The notes below the pieces were generated by a model. The model was given only the letters and a program-made list of their open reading frames with translations. It had not been told where the DNA came from and made no database searches. A stretch of DNA of 64,000 nucleotides from Desulfosoma sp. (GTDB lineage: Bacteria > Desulfobacterota > Syntrophobacteria > Syntrophobacterales > DSM-9756): positions 64,001-128,000 of the forward strand of contig JBBFKW010000009.1 of NCBI GenBank assembly GCA_037481835.1. The letters run 5' to 3'. Numbering within the stretch: position 1 is the first letter of the stretch; the number at the start of each line of letters is the position of its first letter. Positions 8,687 to 18,272 of the stretch are shown piece by piece. Both the position numbers and the translations under genes were made by a program.

Positions 8687-10015
8687 ATGGTGGAAAAAGT
8701 GATCATCATGGGCGCCGCCGGTCGGGATTTCCACAATTTCAACATCTATTTCCGGAACAATCCCCGCTACCGGGTCGTGGCCTTCACCGCCGCCCAAATC
8801 CCGGACATCGAAGGGCGGCGCTACCCGCCCGAACTGGCGGGACCCGGCTACCCGGAAGGCATTCCCATCTATCCCGAGGCGGCTTTGGCGGCGCTCATCC
8901 GCGAGCATCGCATCGACCTCGTAGCCTTTTCCTACAGCGACGTCCCCCACGTGGATGTCATGCACAAGGCTTCCCTCGTGATGGCCGAAGGGGCCGATTT
9001 CATCCTCATCGGGGCCACTTACACGATGTTGCGCGCCTCCAAGCCCGTCATCGCCGTGTGCGCCGTGCGCACCGGGTGCGGCAAGTCCCAAACCACGCGC
9101 AAGGTATGCGAAATCCTTCGATCCCGAAACGTGCGCGTGGTGGCTGTCCGCCACCCCATGCCCTACGGCGATCTTCGGTCCCAGGTCGTGCAGCGGTTCG
9201 CCCGTTACGAGGATTTCGACCGGTTCCGGTGCACCATCGAAGAACGCGAAGAATACGAGCCCCTCGTGGAACAGGGCATCACGGTCTACGCCGGGGTGGA
9301 TTACGAAAAGATCCTTGGGGAGGCGGAAAGGGAAGCGGACGTCATCGTCTGGGACGGCGGGAACAACGACACGCCCTTTTACTTTCCCGACGTCCACATT
9401 GTTGTGCTGGATCCCCACCGGCCCGGCCATGAGCGACTCTATTATCCCGGGGAGACGAACCTTCGCATGGCCCACATCGCCATCATCAACAAGGTGGACA
9501 CGGCGCCCGCCGAAGGGATCCAGGTGGTGCGGCGAAACATCCAGGAGACGGCCCCGACGGCGGACATCCTCATGGCCGAATCGCCCGTGATCGTCACGGA
9601 CCCCGAAAAGATCCGAAACAAGCGTATCGCCGTCGTGGAAGACGGGCCTACGCTCACGCACGGGGAAATGCCGACAGGGGCGGGAATGATCGCGGCGAAA
9701 AAATTCGGGGCCACCGTCGTGGATCCCAAACCCTTCGCCCGAGGAAGCCTCAGGGAAACTTACGCCCGCTACCCGCACATCGGGCCGGTGGTGCCGGCCA
9801 TGGGCTACAGCCCCCGCCAGATCGCCGACCTGGAAGAGACCCTGAACGCCGTGCCGTGCGATTTGGTGCTTTTCGCCACGCCCATTCAGCTCACCCGCAT
9901 CGTGTCCCTGAAACATCCCACGGTGCGCGTGCGCTACGAATACCGCGACCACGGCGAACCGACCCTGGAGGACGCCCTCAAGCGGCGCCTCCCCCACGTG
10001 TTCGCAAGGAAGTGA
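8687..10015 (+). CDS. arcE: ArcE-like arginine synthetase (cyclic-2,3-diphosphoglycerate-synthase-like P-loop NTPase family)
   Basis: MGAAGRDFHNFN, FTAAQIP, P-loop RTGCGKS, RHPMPYG, TIEEREEYE, WDGGNND, VEDGPTLTHG. Directly upstream of carbamate kinase. Confidence 0.75.
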   Translation: MVEKVIIMGAAGRDFHNFNIYFRNNPRYRVVAFTAAQIPDIEGRRYPPELAGPGYPEGIPIYPEAALAALIREHRIDLVAFSYSDVPHVDVMHKASLVMAEGADFILIGATYTMLRASKPVIAVCAVRTGCGKSQTTRKVCEILRSRNVRVVAVRHPMPYGDLRSQVVQRFARYEDFDRFRCTIEEREEYEPLVEQGITVYAGVDYEKILGEAEREADVIVWDGGNNDTPFYFPDVHIVVLDPHRPGHERLYYPGETNLRMAHIAIINKVDTAPAEGIQVVRRNIQETAPTADILMAESPVIVTDPEKIRNKRIAVVEDGPTLTHGEMPTGAGMIAAKKFGATVVDPKPFARGSLRETYARYPHIGPVVPAMGYSPRQIADLEETLNAVPCDLVLFATPIQLTRIVSLKHPTVRVRYEYRDHGEPTLEDALKRRLPHVFARK

Positions 10016-10083
10016 GCCGAAGCGCTGGTTGCGTCGGCGCAGTTTTTCCCGAGGAAAAACAAACACCGCCGCCGGGAGGGACC

Positions 10084-11025
10084 ATGCCCCCTGTATCCCC
10101 TCCAAAACCCGTTCTTCTCGTCGCCTTGGGCGGCAACGCTCTGATCCGAAAGGGCCAAAAAGGCACCATTCAAGAGCAATTCGAGAATTTAAGGGTGCCC
10201 ATGCGCCAAATCGCCAGTCTTACGGAATCCTTTCGGATCGTCATCACCCACGGCAACGGTCCCCAGGTGGGGAACCTCATGCTCCAGCAGGAATGCTGTC
10301 CCGAAGTGCCGCGTCTGCCTCTGGAAATCCTGGTGGCCCAGACCCAAGGACAAATCGGTTACATGATCGAATCCACCCTGGACAGCGAACTCATGGCCCT
10401 TGGGATCGTCACGCAAAAATGCCTGGTGAGCCTCATCAGCTACGTGGTCGTGGATCCCAAAGACCCCGCGTTTGCCGATCCCTCCAAGCCCGTGGGGCCC
10501 GTTTACCCGGAAGAGGCGGTGGCGTCCCTGCCGTTTCCCGTGAAAAAAACGGCCAAGGGATACCGCAGGGTGGTGGCGTCCCCCAAGCCGGTGACCATCG
10601 TGGAACAGCGCGAAATTCGTAAACTCATCGCCATGGATTTCATTGTCATCTGTTGCGGCGGCGGGGGTATTCCCGTGATGCGGGAAGGACGGGGATTTTG
10701 CGGCGTGGACGCCGTCATCGACAAGGACCTGGCCAGCGCCAAACTGGCCCGCCGGGTGGGGGTCGACATCTTTGCCATCGTCACGGACGTCCCCGGCGTG
10801 TTCCTGGACTACGGAACGCCTGGACAGCGCCTCATGAGGCACCTTGGCGTCGACGACGCCGAAGCCTACCTGGCTCAAGGCCAATTCCCCGAAGGATCCA
10901 TGGGCCCCAAGGTGGAAGCCGCCGTAGAATTCGTCCGCGCCACCGGGAAACGTGCCGCCATCGGCTCCATCGACGATATCACCGGAACCGTGGCCGGCAC
11001 TTCCGGCACTCAAATCACCCCCTAG
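10084..11025 (+). CDS. arcC: Carbamate kinase
   Basis: VALGGNAL, THGNGPQVG, TQGQIGY, RRVVASP, GGGGIPV, AVIDKD, GSMGPKV. Confidence 0.95.
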   Translation: MPPVSPPKPVLLVALGGNALIRKGQKGTIQEQFENLRVPMRQIASLTESFRIVITHGNGPQVGNLMLQQECCPEVPRLPLEILVAQTQGQIGYMIESTLDSELMALGIVTQKCLVSLISYVVVDPKDPAFADPSKPVGPVYPEEAVASLPFPVKKTAKGYRRVVASPKPVTIVEQREIRKLIAMDFIVICCGGGGIPVMREGRGFCGVDAVIDKDLASAKLARRVGVDIFAIVTDVPGVFLDYGTPGQRLMRHLGVDDAEAYLAQGQFPEGSMGPKVEAAVEFVRATGKRAAIGSIDDITGTVAGTSGTQITP

Positions 11026-11034
11026 TTCCCTCCT

Positions 11035-12153
11035 TTACGAAAAAGCCCCCGCTTCTTCCCGGCGCCGCAGGCCCCTTTCCACCGTGACGACGAAATCCTG
11101 GACGTTGGTCAGGATGGACCGGGCGGTGAGCGAGCCCCGATTGGCAAGTTTCTGCACGGCAAATTCGGACATGTCCACGGTGTAGAAAAAGACCGGCCGC
11201 ACCGTGCCGTCTTCCAGCACCCGGTAGGACGGAGCCATGTTGCCCGCGGCGATGGCATGGAGCTGGGTGGCCATGGCGACGATGGTCGTCGCGCGCCGCA
11301 CCACGGCCCTCATGCGATCCTGGGCTTCATAGACGTCAGGGACCACTTCCGGAAGGGGACCGTCGTCCCGAATGGAGCCCGCAAGCACCACGGGGATGCC
11401 GCGCCGCAAGGCCGCATGCATGATCCCGTCCGCGACCACCCCCGACGCCACGGCAGCTTCGAGGGATCCCAAGGCGCGGATCCGGTTGATGGCGTCCAAG
11501 TGATGGTAATGGCCCAAGGGCGCCAAGCGTTTGGAATAGATTTCCTGGCCCAGGGCGGTTCCATACAGAGCCGCTTCCACATCGTGTACGGCCAAGGCGT
11601 TGCCGGCAAGAAGCCCATGGACGTAGCCTCGATGGATAAGGGCGCAGAAGGCGTCCCGAGCGTCCCGGTCGAACACCAGGGCAGGCCCCAGGACCCACAC
11701 GATGAACCCATGGTTCCGCTCGTGGTTCAAGAGGTCATAGAACTCGTCATAGTCGATGGAAAAGGACGTCTCCCGAGTGAGCCGGGTTCGGAACGCGAAT
11801 TTGTCCCCCCGGGGCTCCTCTTCGGCGAAGGCCTCGGCGTGCACGTAAATGCCGTCTTCACCGTTTTCCCTTCGGCCAAGGGCCACCCGGTCTCCCACCT
11901 GCAACCGCCGAAATTCCACGACTTCCAATGGGCCATGGGATCGGCGCACGACGACACAGTCCATGCGGGATTCCCGAAGAAGCTCCCACCGGCCGGACTC
12001 CACGTGGAAATACTCGGGAAAGATGGATGTGGCATGGTAGCCTTCCGGGGCCACACCCGCGCGTTCCACTTCCGCGAAACGCACCAGAGGGGCGTCCTTG
12101 AGAGGCGGGCTGGAAAAATTCGGAGCCGTATAGCCGGGAAACCAAAACGCCAT
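11035..12153 (-). CDS. TIGR00300 / ArgZ(AgrE)-C-terminal-like putative ornithine cyclodeaminase
   Basis: GVAPEGYHATS, RMDC, LLAGNALAVHDVE, LAGSIRDDGPLP, QLHAIAAGNMAP, KLANRGS. Confidence 0.75.
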   Translation of the reverse strand: MAFWFPGYTAPNFSSPPLKDAPLVRFAEVERAGVAPEGYHATSIFPEYFHVESGRWELLRESRMDCVVVRRSHGPLEVVEFRRLQVGDRVALGRRENGEDGIYVHAEAFAEEEPRGDKFAFRTRLTRETSFSIDYDEFYDLLNHERNHGFIVWVLGPALVFDRDARDAFCALIHRGYVHGLLAGNALAVHDVEAALYGTALGQEIYSKRLAPLGHYHHLDAINRIRALGSLEAAVASGVVADGIMHAALRRGIPVVLAGSIRDDGPLPEVVPDVYEAQDRMRAVVRRATTIVAMATQLHAIAAGNMAPSYRVLEDGTVRPVFFYTVDMSEFAVQKLANRGSLTARSILTNVQDFVVTVERGLRRREEAGAFS

Positions 12154-12259
12154 GGCATCCTCCCTTTCCCCACCCGAAGGGCGCCGTAAAAATCCGAAAA
12201 CGGCCGTCGGACACAGTGGGTCCGACCAGGGCCTCCTGTGCGGCCCCCTTCCGGCAGGC

Positions 12260-12288
12260 TTGACAAGTTTTCGGCTGGACTATAGAAA
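12260..12288 (+). promoter_or_regulatory. Putative sigma70 promoter for the LysR gene
   Basis: TTGACA at 12260, with TATAGA/TAGAAA 15-17 bp downstream. Confidence 0.4.
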
Positions 12289-12337
12289 CTGTGCATTCTG
12301 TGCATTGTCAAAACCGATGAAAAACGGAGCGGGAATC

Positions 12338-13285
12338 ATGGACATCCGCCGCCTGGAAGTTTTCTGCAAGGTTGTGGAAATGGGAAGCTTCACCAAAGCC
12401 GCCGAAGCGGTTTTGCTGTCGCAGCCGACCATCAGCGAGCACATCAAGACGCTGGAAGACATGGTCGGCGAGCGGCTCGTGGACCGGCTCGGCCGGGAAG
12501 CTTTGCCCACGCCCGCCGGAAAGATTCTTTACCGATACGCCAAAAAGATCATCCAGATCAAGGACGAAGCCGTCCAGGCCATGGCGGCCTATCGGGGCGA
12601 CCTGACGGGGGCGTTGCAATTGGGGGCGAGCACCATTCCAGGAACTTACATTTTGCCCCGCCTCATCGGCCTCTTCAAGCAGCGGCATCCTGAAGTGCAG
12701 ATCAGCATTCACATCGCCGGGACCAAGGAGATTGCCGAAGCCGTGGCCGACGGCCACCATGAACTGGGCCTTGTGGGGTCGCAGTGGAAGGATCGGCGTT
12801 TGAGCTTCGAGCGGATCTTTTCCGACGAACTGGTCCTGGCCGTGCCCAAAGACCACCCATGGACGCGGCAAAGCCCCATCGCCTTGGAGCAACTGGGCGA
12901 AGAGCCCTTCATCGCCCGGCACCGGGGATCGGGCACCCGCATGGTGACTTACGAAATCCTGGAAAACGCCGGTTTTGACCCGGCACGCCTCAGGGTCGTC
13001 GCCGAAATGGGCACCACGGAAGCCGTTCGGCAAAGCATCAAGGCAGGAATCGGCGTCTCCATCCTGTCGCGACAGGCGGTGGCCGAGGATGTGGCCTACG
13101 GCGCTCTGGCCGTGGTCCCCATCCAGGGGGTGGTCTTCCGGCGCCCCTTTTATCTGGTCAAACGCAAGGGACGAGAAGCCTCCCCGGTATGCGCGGCCTT
13201 TGAAGAACACTTGAGAACCCATAACCACGAGGCTGATTTTTCGCCCGAGCCTTTTTTGGCGATTGAGGCTTCCTATCATTCGTAA
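12338..13285 (+). CDS. LysR-family regulator (selenium-metabolism-associated type)
   Basis: MDIRRLEVF...SFTKAAE...SQPTISEHIKTLE HTH and GASTIPG. Heads the yedE-selD cluster. Confidence 0.9.
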   Translation: MDIRRLEVFCKVVEMGSFTKAAEAVLLSQPTISEHIKTLEDMVGERLVDRLGREALPTPAGKILYRYAKKIIQIKDEAVQAMAAYRGDLTGALQLGASTIPGTYILPRLIGLFKQRHPEVQISIHIAGTKEIAEAVADGHHELGLVGSQWKDRRLSFERIFSDELVLAVPKDHPWTRQSPIALEQLGEEPFIARHRGSGTRMVTYEILENAGFDPARLRVVAEMGTTEAVRQSIKAGIGVSILSRQAVAEDVAYGALAVVPIQGVVFRRPFYLVKRKGREASPVCAAFEEHLRTHNHEADFSPEPFLAIEASYHS

Positions 13286-13492
13286 GTCCTTTCATTTTTC
13301 TTTCCTATTTGTTTTTCCCCTGCGGTTTTCCTTAACTGTGCGCGGGGCCCGGCTCCGGCGGCCCTCGTGGAAAAACCTTCGAATCCCTGAGGGGGGTTTT
13401 CCCAAAAAGGTGGAGCGGTGGAGCGCAGGGACCCGGGCTTAAGGGTTTCTGAGCCCGGGAGCCGATTGACGAGGCAAGAGGAGGGAGCGTTG

Positions 13493-14584
13493 ATGCCTAT
13501 GAAGAATGTGTTTGCGTCGAGGTGGGGCATTGTTGTGGTGGGGGCGGTCATCGGCATTCTCGCCCCGGTGCTTCAAAAACTGGGCAATCCGGGCAACATG
13601 GGCATCTGTGTGGCCTGCATGGAACGGGACATGGCGGGCGCCCTGGGATTGCACCGCGCCGAAGTCGTCCAGTACATGCGGCCGGAAATCATCGGCTTTG
13701 TCCTGGGATCCCTCATCGCCGCTTACCTTTTCAAGGAATTTCGGCCACGCGTGGGATCCGCCCCCATCGTCCGGTTTATCCTCGGCGTCTTTGCCATGAT
13801 CGGCGCTCTGGTCTTCTTGGGCTGTCCGTGGCGGGCCATGTTGCGCCTTGCGGGAGGCGACGGAAACGCCATCCTGGGCCTTGCGGGTTTGGCTTTCGGC
13901 GTTTGGATCGGCACCCTTTTTCTCAAAAACGGCTACACCCTGGGAAGGACTCAGTCCACCTACGCCTCCGTGGGCTGGATCCTTCCCTTGATCATGCTGG
14001 GATTTTTGGCCCTGCTTTTCGTCTTTCCCCAAGTTCCGGGTGAACCCAAAAGTGGTGTCTTGTTTTACAGTGTCAAAGGCCCTGGGGCCATGCACGCGCC
14101 CGTGGCGCTCTCCCTCGCCGTGGGACTCCTCGTGGGCTTTCTCGCGCAAAGAAGCCGGTTTTGCACCATGGGAGCCCTTCGAGACCTCATCCTTTTCCGG
14201 CATACCCATCTTTTCAGCGGCTTTGTGAGCCTCATCGTCTTCGCCTTCATCACCAACCTTGTCCTGGGCCAATTCAAGGCGGGCTTTGAGGGGCAGCCCG
14301 TAGCCCACACGCAGCATCTGTGGAATTTTCTCGGCATGGCCCTGGCCGGTTTGGCCTTCGCCTTGGCGGGCGGTTGTCCCGGCCGGCAGCTCTTTCTCGC
14401 CGGCGAAGGGGACGGCGATGCGGCCGTGTTTGTTTTGGGCATGATCGTCGGCGCCGCATTTTCCCACAACTTCGGCCTCGCCAGTTCCCCCCAGGGCATC
14501 GGCCCCCATGGGATCGCAGGCTTGGTCGTCGGCTTTGCCGTGTGTCTTTTTATCGGCTTGACCATGCGAAAAAAGGCGGCATAA
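13493..14584 (+). CDS. yedE: YedE-family putative selenium/sulfur transporter
   Basis: GNPGNMGICVAC, QYMRPEI, FLGCPWR, QRSRFC, LAGGCPGRQ; multiple TM helices. Confidence 0.9.
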   Translation: MPMKNVFASRWGIVVVGAVIGILAPVLQKLGNPGNMGICVACMERDMAGALGLHRAEVVQYMRPEIIGFVLGSLIAAYLFKEFRPRVGSAPIVRFILGVFAMIGALVFLGCPWRAMLRLAGGDGNAILGLAGLAFGVWIGTLFLKNGYTLGRTQSTYASVGWILPLIMLGFLALLFVFPQVPGEPKSGVLFYSVKGPGAMHAPVALSLAVGLLVGFLAQRSRFCTMGALRDLILFRHTHLFSGFVSLIVFAFITNLVLGQFKAGFEGQPVAHTQHLWNFLGMALAGLAFALAGGCPGRQLFLAGEGDGDAAVFVLGMIVGAAFSHNFGLASSPQGIGPHGIAGLVVGFAVCLFIGLTMRKKAA

Positions 14585-14595
14585 GGAGGATCACG

Positions 14596-14814
14596 ATGGC
14601 TACGACTGTGGACGCCCGAGGATTTTCATGCCCTCAACCCGTACTCATGACTTTGGAGGCCATTAAGAAAGGATCGCCCCAGGATCTCGTCGTTTTGGTG
14701 GATACGGACACGTCCAAGGAAAACGTCATGCGCGCGGCCCAGAGCCAAGGCTACACCGTCCGAGACGTGGCGCCCGAAGGGGAAGGCTACCGCATACACA
14801 TTGTCAAGGGTTGA
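14596..14814 (+). CDS. TusA/SirA-family sulfur/selenium carrier
   Basis: MATTVDARGFSCPQPV; AAGGAGG RBS. Confidence 0.9.
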   Translation: MATTVDARGFSCPQPVLMTLEAIKKGSPQDLVVLVDTDTSKENVMRAAQSQGYTVRDVAPEGEGYRIHIVKG

Positions 14815-15374
14815 TGTCGTCCATGCTTCGGTTCTTGAAAAAACTTGCGCCCCGAAAGGACGCCGCTCCTTCGCCGGCTCCCGATCGGGGCATACTCGTC
14901 TTCGAAAACACGAGTGACGTCATCCAGGCCGAAAAGCGGCTCAAGGCCCACGGATTTCCCATCGCCGTCAAGGGGCCGCCGCCTGAAATCCAAAAGGGAT
15001 GCGATCTCGTCATCGAATTCCCCCTCATGGAAAAACTCTCCATCGAACGCCACCTGGAGGCTGCCGGGCTGCACCCGCTGGCCGTGGTGCCGGTGACGGC
15101 CCCGCTCCTTGAGCCCGTCAGCCTCTTTTACGCGAAGGACTTCGGATCGTATCTCATGGTCCGGGCCGCGAACATGAAGATCACGGTGAACAAGGAATCT
15201 TTGCGCATCGTGAACATTTCGGGAGGGGGCTGTCCCGACGTGCCCTATCTCGCCGACCGCCTAGTCGGAAAAACCCTCAACGAGGCCCCGCAACCCAAAG
15301 AGATCGGCCATACGCTGTGCGGGTACGCTCTGCAACTGGCCTACGAGGAGCTGTGCCGTCGATGCTTGCCGTAA
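14814..15374 (+). CDS. DUF3343-like putative Se/S carrier with C-terminal Cys-containing extension
   Basis: FENTSDVIQAEK...PPPEIQKGC, followed by SGGGCPDVP...GHTLC. TGATG overlap with the upstream gene. Confidence 0.7.
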   Translation: MSSMLRFLKKLAPRKDAAPSPAPDRGILVFENTSDVIQAEKRLKAHGFPIAVKGPPPEIQKGCDLVIEFPLMEKLSIERHLEAAGLHPLAVVPVTAPLLEPVSLFYAKDFGSYLMVRAANMKITVNKESLRIVNISGGGCPDVPYLADRLVGKTLNEAPQPKEIGHTLCGYALQLAYEELCRRCLP

Positions 15375-16243
15375 TCGGAACGGTCCCCGACCCCTCTCTG
15401 CCTCTGACCACCGGGACGGCTCAGCTCAAGGATGGCAGGCTTCACACGGCCGGCGTGAGCATTCCCATCACTCGAGGCACACCCGCTCTGGCGGCCGCGG
15501 CCGTCGCGGTTGCGGAAAGGCTTTCCCGCACCGAGGTGTTCGTCTTTCTCGTGGGAGACGTGGGTCGAGGGGGCGGCAGCCGGGTCTTGTACCAATTCCT
15601 TGCCGAGAATCTTCCCGGGTTTTCCTTCGACGTCATGGTTTTTCACTATCTGCAGCCGGACGTGGACTGGCACAACAAGGTGCTGTTCGCCGTGGAGGCC
15701 TTGCCACGACGGCCTTTGCTCATCGCCGATGCGGGCTTCATGTACGCCGCAAAGATGAGCGGCCAGGCTTCAGCCTACGACATCTTCACGCCCGATATCG
15801 GGGAAATGGCCTTTCTCGCCGATGAACGCGCCCCGCACCCTTTCTACACCCGGGGCTTCGTCCTGCACGACACCCGAAACGTGCCGGAGCTGGTGGCAAG
15901 AGCTTATGCCCATGAGGATGCGCCCCGCTGGCTCGTGGTCAAGGGAGAAACGGACCATATCGCCGAGGCGGGGCGGGTCGTGGCCACGGTTCGGGAACCC
16001 GTCTGGGAGGCCATGGAAGCCATCGGCGGTACCGGAGACACCTTGACGGGAATCCTCGGGGCTCTGTGCGCCTCGGGAAAAGATCCCCTTGACGCATGCC
16101 GAACAGCCGCCTTAACAAACCGATGGGTCGGCCGCCTTGCCCGTCCCACGCCGGCCACGCAGGTGGCGGAACTCATCCCCGCCATCCCCGATGCGCTGGA
16201 ACAGGTGCAGAATCCCGTCCTTGCGGAGGAAGCGGGTGGATAA
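15362..16243 (+). CDS. Ribokinase-fold / NAD(P)HX-dehydratase-like (YjeF-C) protein of unknown function
   Basis: LIADAG, FTPDIGE, LVVKG, GGTGDTLTG anion-hole motif. Confidence 0.75.
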   Translation: MLAVIGTVPDPSLPLTTGTAQLKDGRLHTAGVSIPITRGTPALAAAAVAVAERLSRTEVFVFLVGDVGRGGGSRVLYQFLAENLPGFSFDVMVFHYLQPDVDWHNKVLFAVEALPRRPLLIADAGFMYAAKMSGQASAYDIFTPDIGEMAFLADERAPHPFYTRGFVLHDTRNVPELVARAYAHEDAPRWLVVKGETDHIAEAGRVVATVREPVWEAMEAIGGTGDTLTGILGALCASGKDPLDACRTAALTNRWVGRLARPTPATQVAELIPAIPDALEQVQNPVLAEEAGG

Positions 16244-17288
16244 GAGCGACAAAATCCGACTGACGGAAACCGTCACAGGGGCCGGGTGAGCGTCCAAGCT
16301 GGCTCCGGGGGACCTGGACCGAGCCCTGTGCGGCATGCGTTTTCCCACGGACGAAAACGTCCTGGTGGGACTGGATCGAGCCGATGACGCGGGCGTCTAC
16401 AAGGTCAGCGACGATCTCGCGCTCATCCAAACGGTGGATTTCTTCACCCCCATCGTGGACGATCCCTACTGGTTCGGCCAGATCGCCGCAGCCAACGCCC
16501 TGAGCGACGTGTACGCCATGGGGGGCGTTCCCAAGACGGCCATGAACCTGGTGGCCTTCCCGGCCAAGGATTTGGGCTTGGACATTCTGCGGGCCCTGAT
16601 CCAAGGCGGCATCGACAAGCTCGCCGAAGCCCACGTCGCCCTCATCGGGGGGCACAGCATCGAAGACAAGGAATTGAAATACGGCCTTTCCGTCACGGGC
16701 TTCATCCATCCCAACCGCATCCTCACCAAGAAAACCCTCCAGGGCGGCGATCGCCTCATTCTCACCAAGCCCCTGGGAACCGGCATCATCAACACCGCCA
16801 TCAAGGCCCGCATGGCCTCGGAAGACCTCACCGAACGCGTCACCCGCCTCATGGCTACGCTGAACCGAACGGCCGCCCAAGTCATGGCCGACTTTCACGT
16901 CCATGCGTGCACAGACGTGACGGGCTTCGGCCTGCTGGGACATTTGGCCGAAATGGTGGACGGCTCGGGAAAGAGTGTGCGCCTGGCGGCCCATTGCGTT
17001 CCGGTTTTCCCGGAAGCCGTGGAACTCGCCTCCATGGGATTGATTCCCGCCGGAGCCTACAAGAACCGCGACTTCCGAAAGGACATGGTCGCTTTCGACC
17101 CCGATGTTCCCCTGGCCCTCCAAGACATCTTGTTTGACCCCCAAACCTCCGGGGGCCTCCTCATCAGCGTGGCGCCTTCCCACGCCGAAGCGCTCCTCGA
17201 CGCCCTGCGCAGCAAGGGTGTGGAAGCAAGCGCCATCATCGGTGAGGTCCTTGACGATCCCGCCCAACGCATCACCGTGGCGGCCTAA
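16236..17288 (+). CDS. selD: Selenide, water dikinase (selenophosphate synthetase), selenocysteine form (UGA 16287-16289)
   Basis: GTG 16236 after GGAGGA gives MDKSDKIRLTETVTGAG-U-ASKLAPGDL, in frame with the ORF carrying DDAGVY, QTVDFFTP, AANALSD, GGHS, DVTGFGLLGH and DPQTSGGLL. Confidence 0.92.
16301..16325 (+). promoter_or_regulatory. Putative SECIS element of selD
   Basis: GGCTC...GAGCC outer stem with an inner CCGGG-GGA-CCTGG pairing, starting 11 nt after the UGA. Confidence 0.5.
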
Positions 17289-17330
17289 CACGCGGCCCCG
17301 CGGCAGCGCTCTTGACTCCCGCCCTGAAAA

Positions 17331-17347
17331 ATGCAAATGAGTTGCAT
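17331..17347. promoter_or_regulatory. Putative Zur operator ATGCAA-N5-TTGCAT
   Basis: Perfect 6-bp inverted repeat just downstream of TTGACT (17312) and 50 bp upstream of znuA; zur lies in the same operon. Confidence 0.65.
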
Positions 17348-17396
17348 GAAGCGAGCCCGTGGATTTCTCGGCGCGAAGTTCTTTATGGAGGGCAAG

Positions 17397-18272
17397 ATGT
17401 CAAGGCGGGAAAAAATTTTCATTTCGGTCGTTCTGGGGATCCTTTTGGGGTTGGGCGGTGCGGCCGAAGCCGCGGATCCGCTTAAGGTTTTCGTGAGCCT
17501 TCCGCCGCAAAAGCATTTTGTGGAGCGCCTGGGCGGCGATCGTGTCACGGTGACGGTGCTGGTGCCTCCCGGAGCGGACCCTCACACCTTCGAGCCGTCC
17601 CCGGCTCAGATGAAGGCGCTGTCCCAGGCGTCCCTTTACTTCGCCGTGGGCATTCCTTTCGAAAAGGCCCTTCTACCCCGAATCCGCTCCGTGAACCCGC
17701 AACTCACCGTAATTTCCACCGACCGGGCGTTGCCCAAGAGGTTCACGGCCGACCACGGCCACAGCCATGACCACGGCGACGGGGAACCCGACCCTCATGT
17801 GTGGCTGTCCCCCCCGCTGGTCATGGCCATGGCTAGAACCATGGCCCTGGCCCTCATGGATGCGGACCCAGCCCATGGAGACGGGTATGAGGCCCGTTAC
17901 AAGGATTTTCTTTCGGATGTGGCGAGTCTGGACATGGACATTTCCAGAACCTTTCGGGATGCAAAGCCGCCCCGTGCGTTTTACGTTTTCCATCCGTCCT
18001 GGGGCTATTTTGCCGACGCGTACGGGTTGGAACAGGTCGCCGTGGAATGGGAAGGCAAGGAAGCCAAACCCGCACACCTCAAGGAACTCATTGAATCGGC
18101 CCGCCGGGCCGGGGTGAAAGTTCTTTTTGTTCAGCCGCAGTTTTCCCGGCGCTCGGCGGAAATGATCGCCAAGGAAATCGGGGCGACCGTGGAAGTCATC
18201 GACCCGTTGGCCGAAAACTGGACGGAAAATCTTCGGCAGGTGAGCCGGCGTCTTCGAGAGGCCATGCCATGA
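17397..18272 (+). CDS. znuA: Zn ABC transporter substrate-binding protein
   Basis: Signal peptide, DPHTFEP, His-rich loop DHGHSHDH, DPHVWLSP, FHPSWGYF. Confidence 0.88.
   Translation: MSRREKIFISVVLGILLGLGGAAEAADPLKVFVSLPPQKHFVERLGGDRVTVTVLVPPGADPHTFEPSPAQMKALSQASLYFAVGIPFEKALLPRIRSVNPQLTVISTDRALPKRFTADHGHSHDHGDGEPDPHVWLSPPLVMAMARTMALALMDADPAHGDGYEARYKDFLSDVASLDMDISRTFRDAKPPRAFYVFHPSWGYFADAYGLEQVAVEWEGKEAKPAHLKELIESARRAGVKVLFVQPQFSRRSAEMIAKEIGATVEVIDPLAENWTENLRQVSRRLREAMP

Noticed and set aside
8687..10015. Annotation as true cyclic 2,3-diphosphoglycerate synthase
   Set aside because: No 2-phosphoglycerate kinase nearby; adjacency to carbamate kinase favours ArcE.
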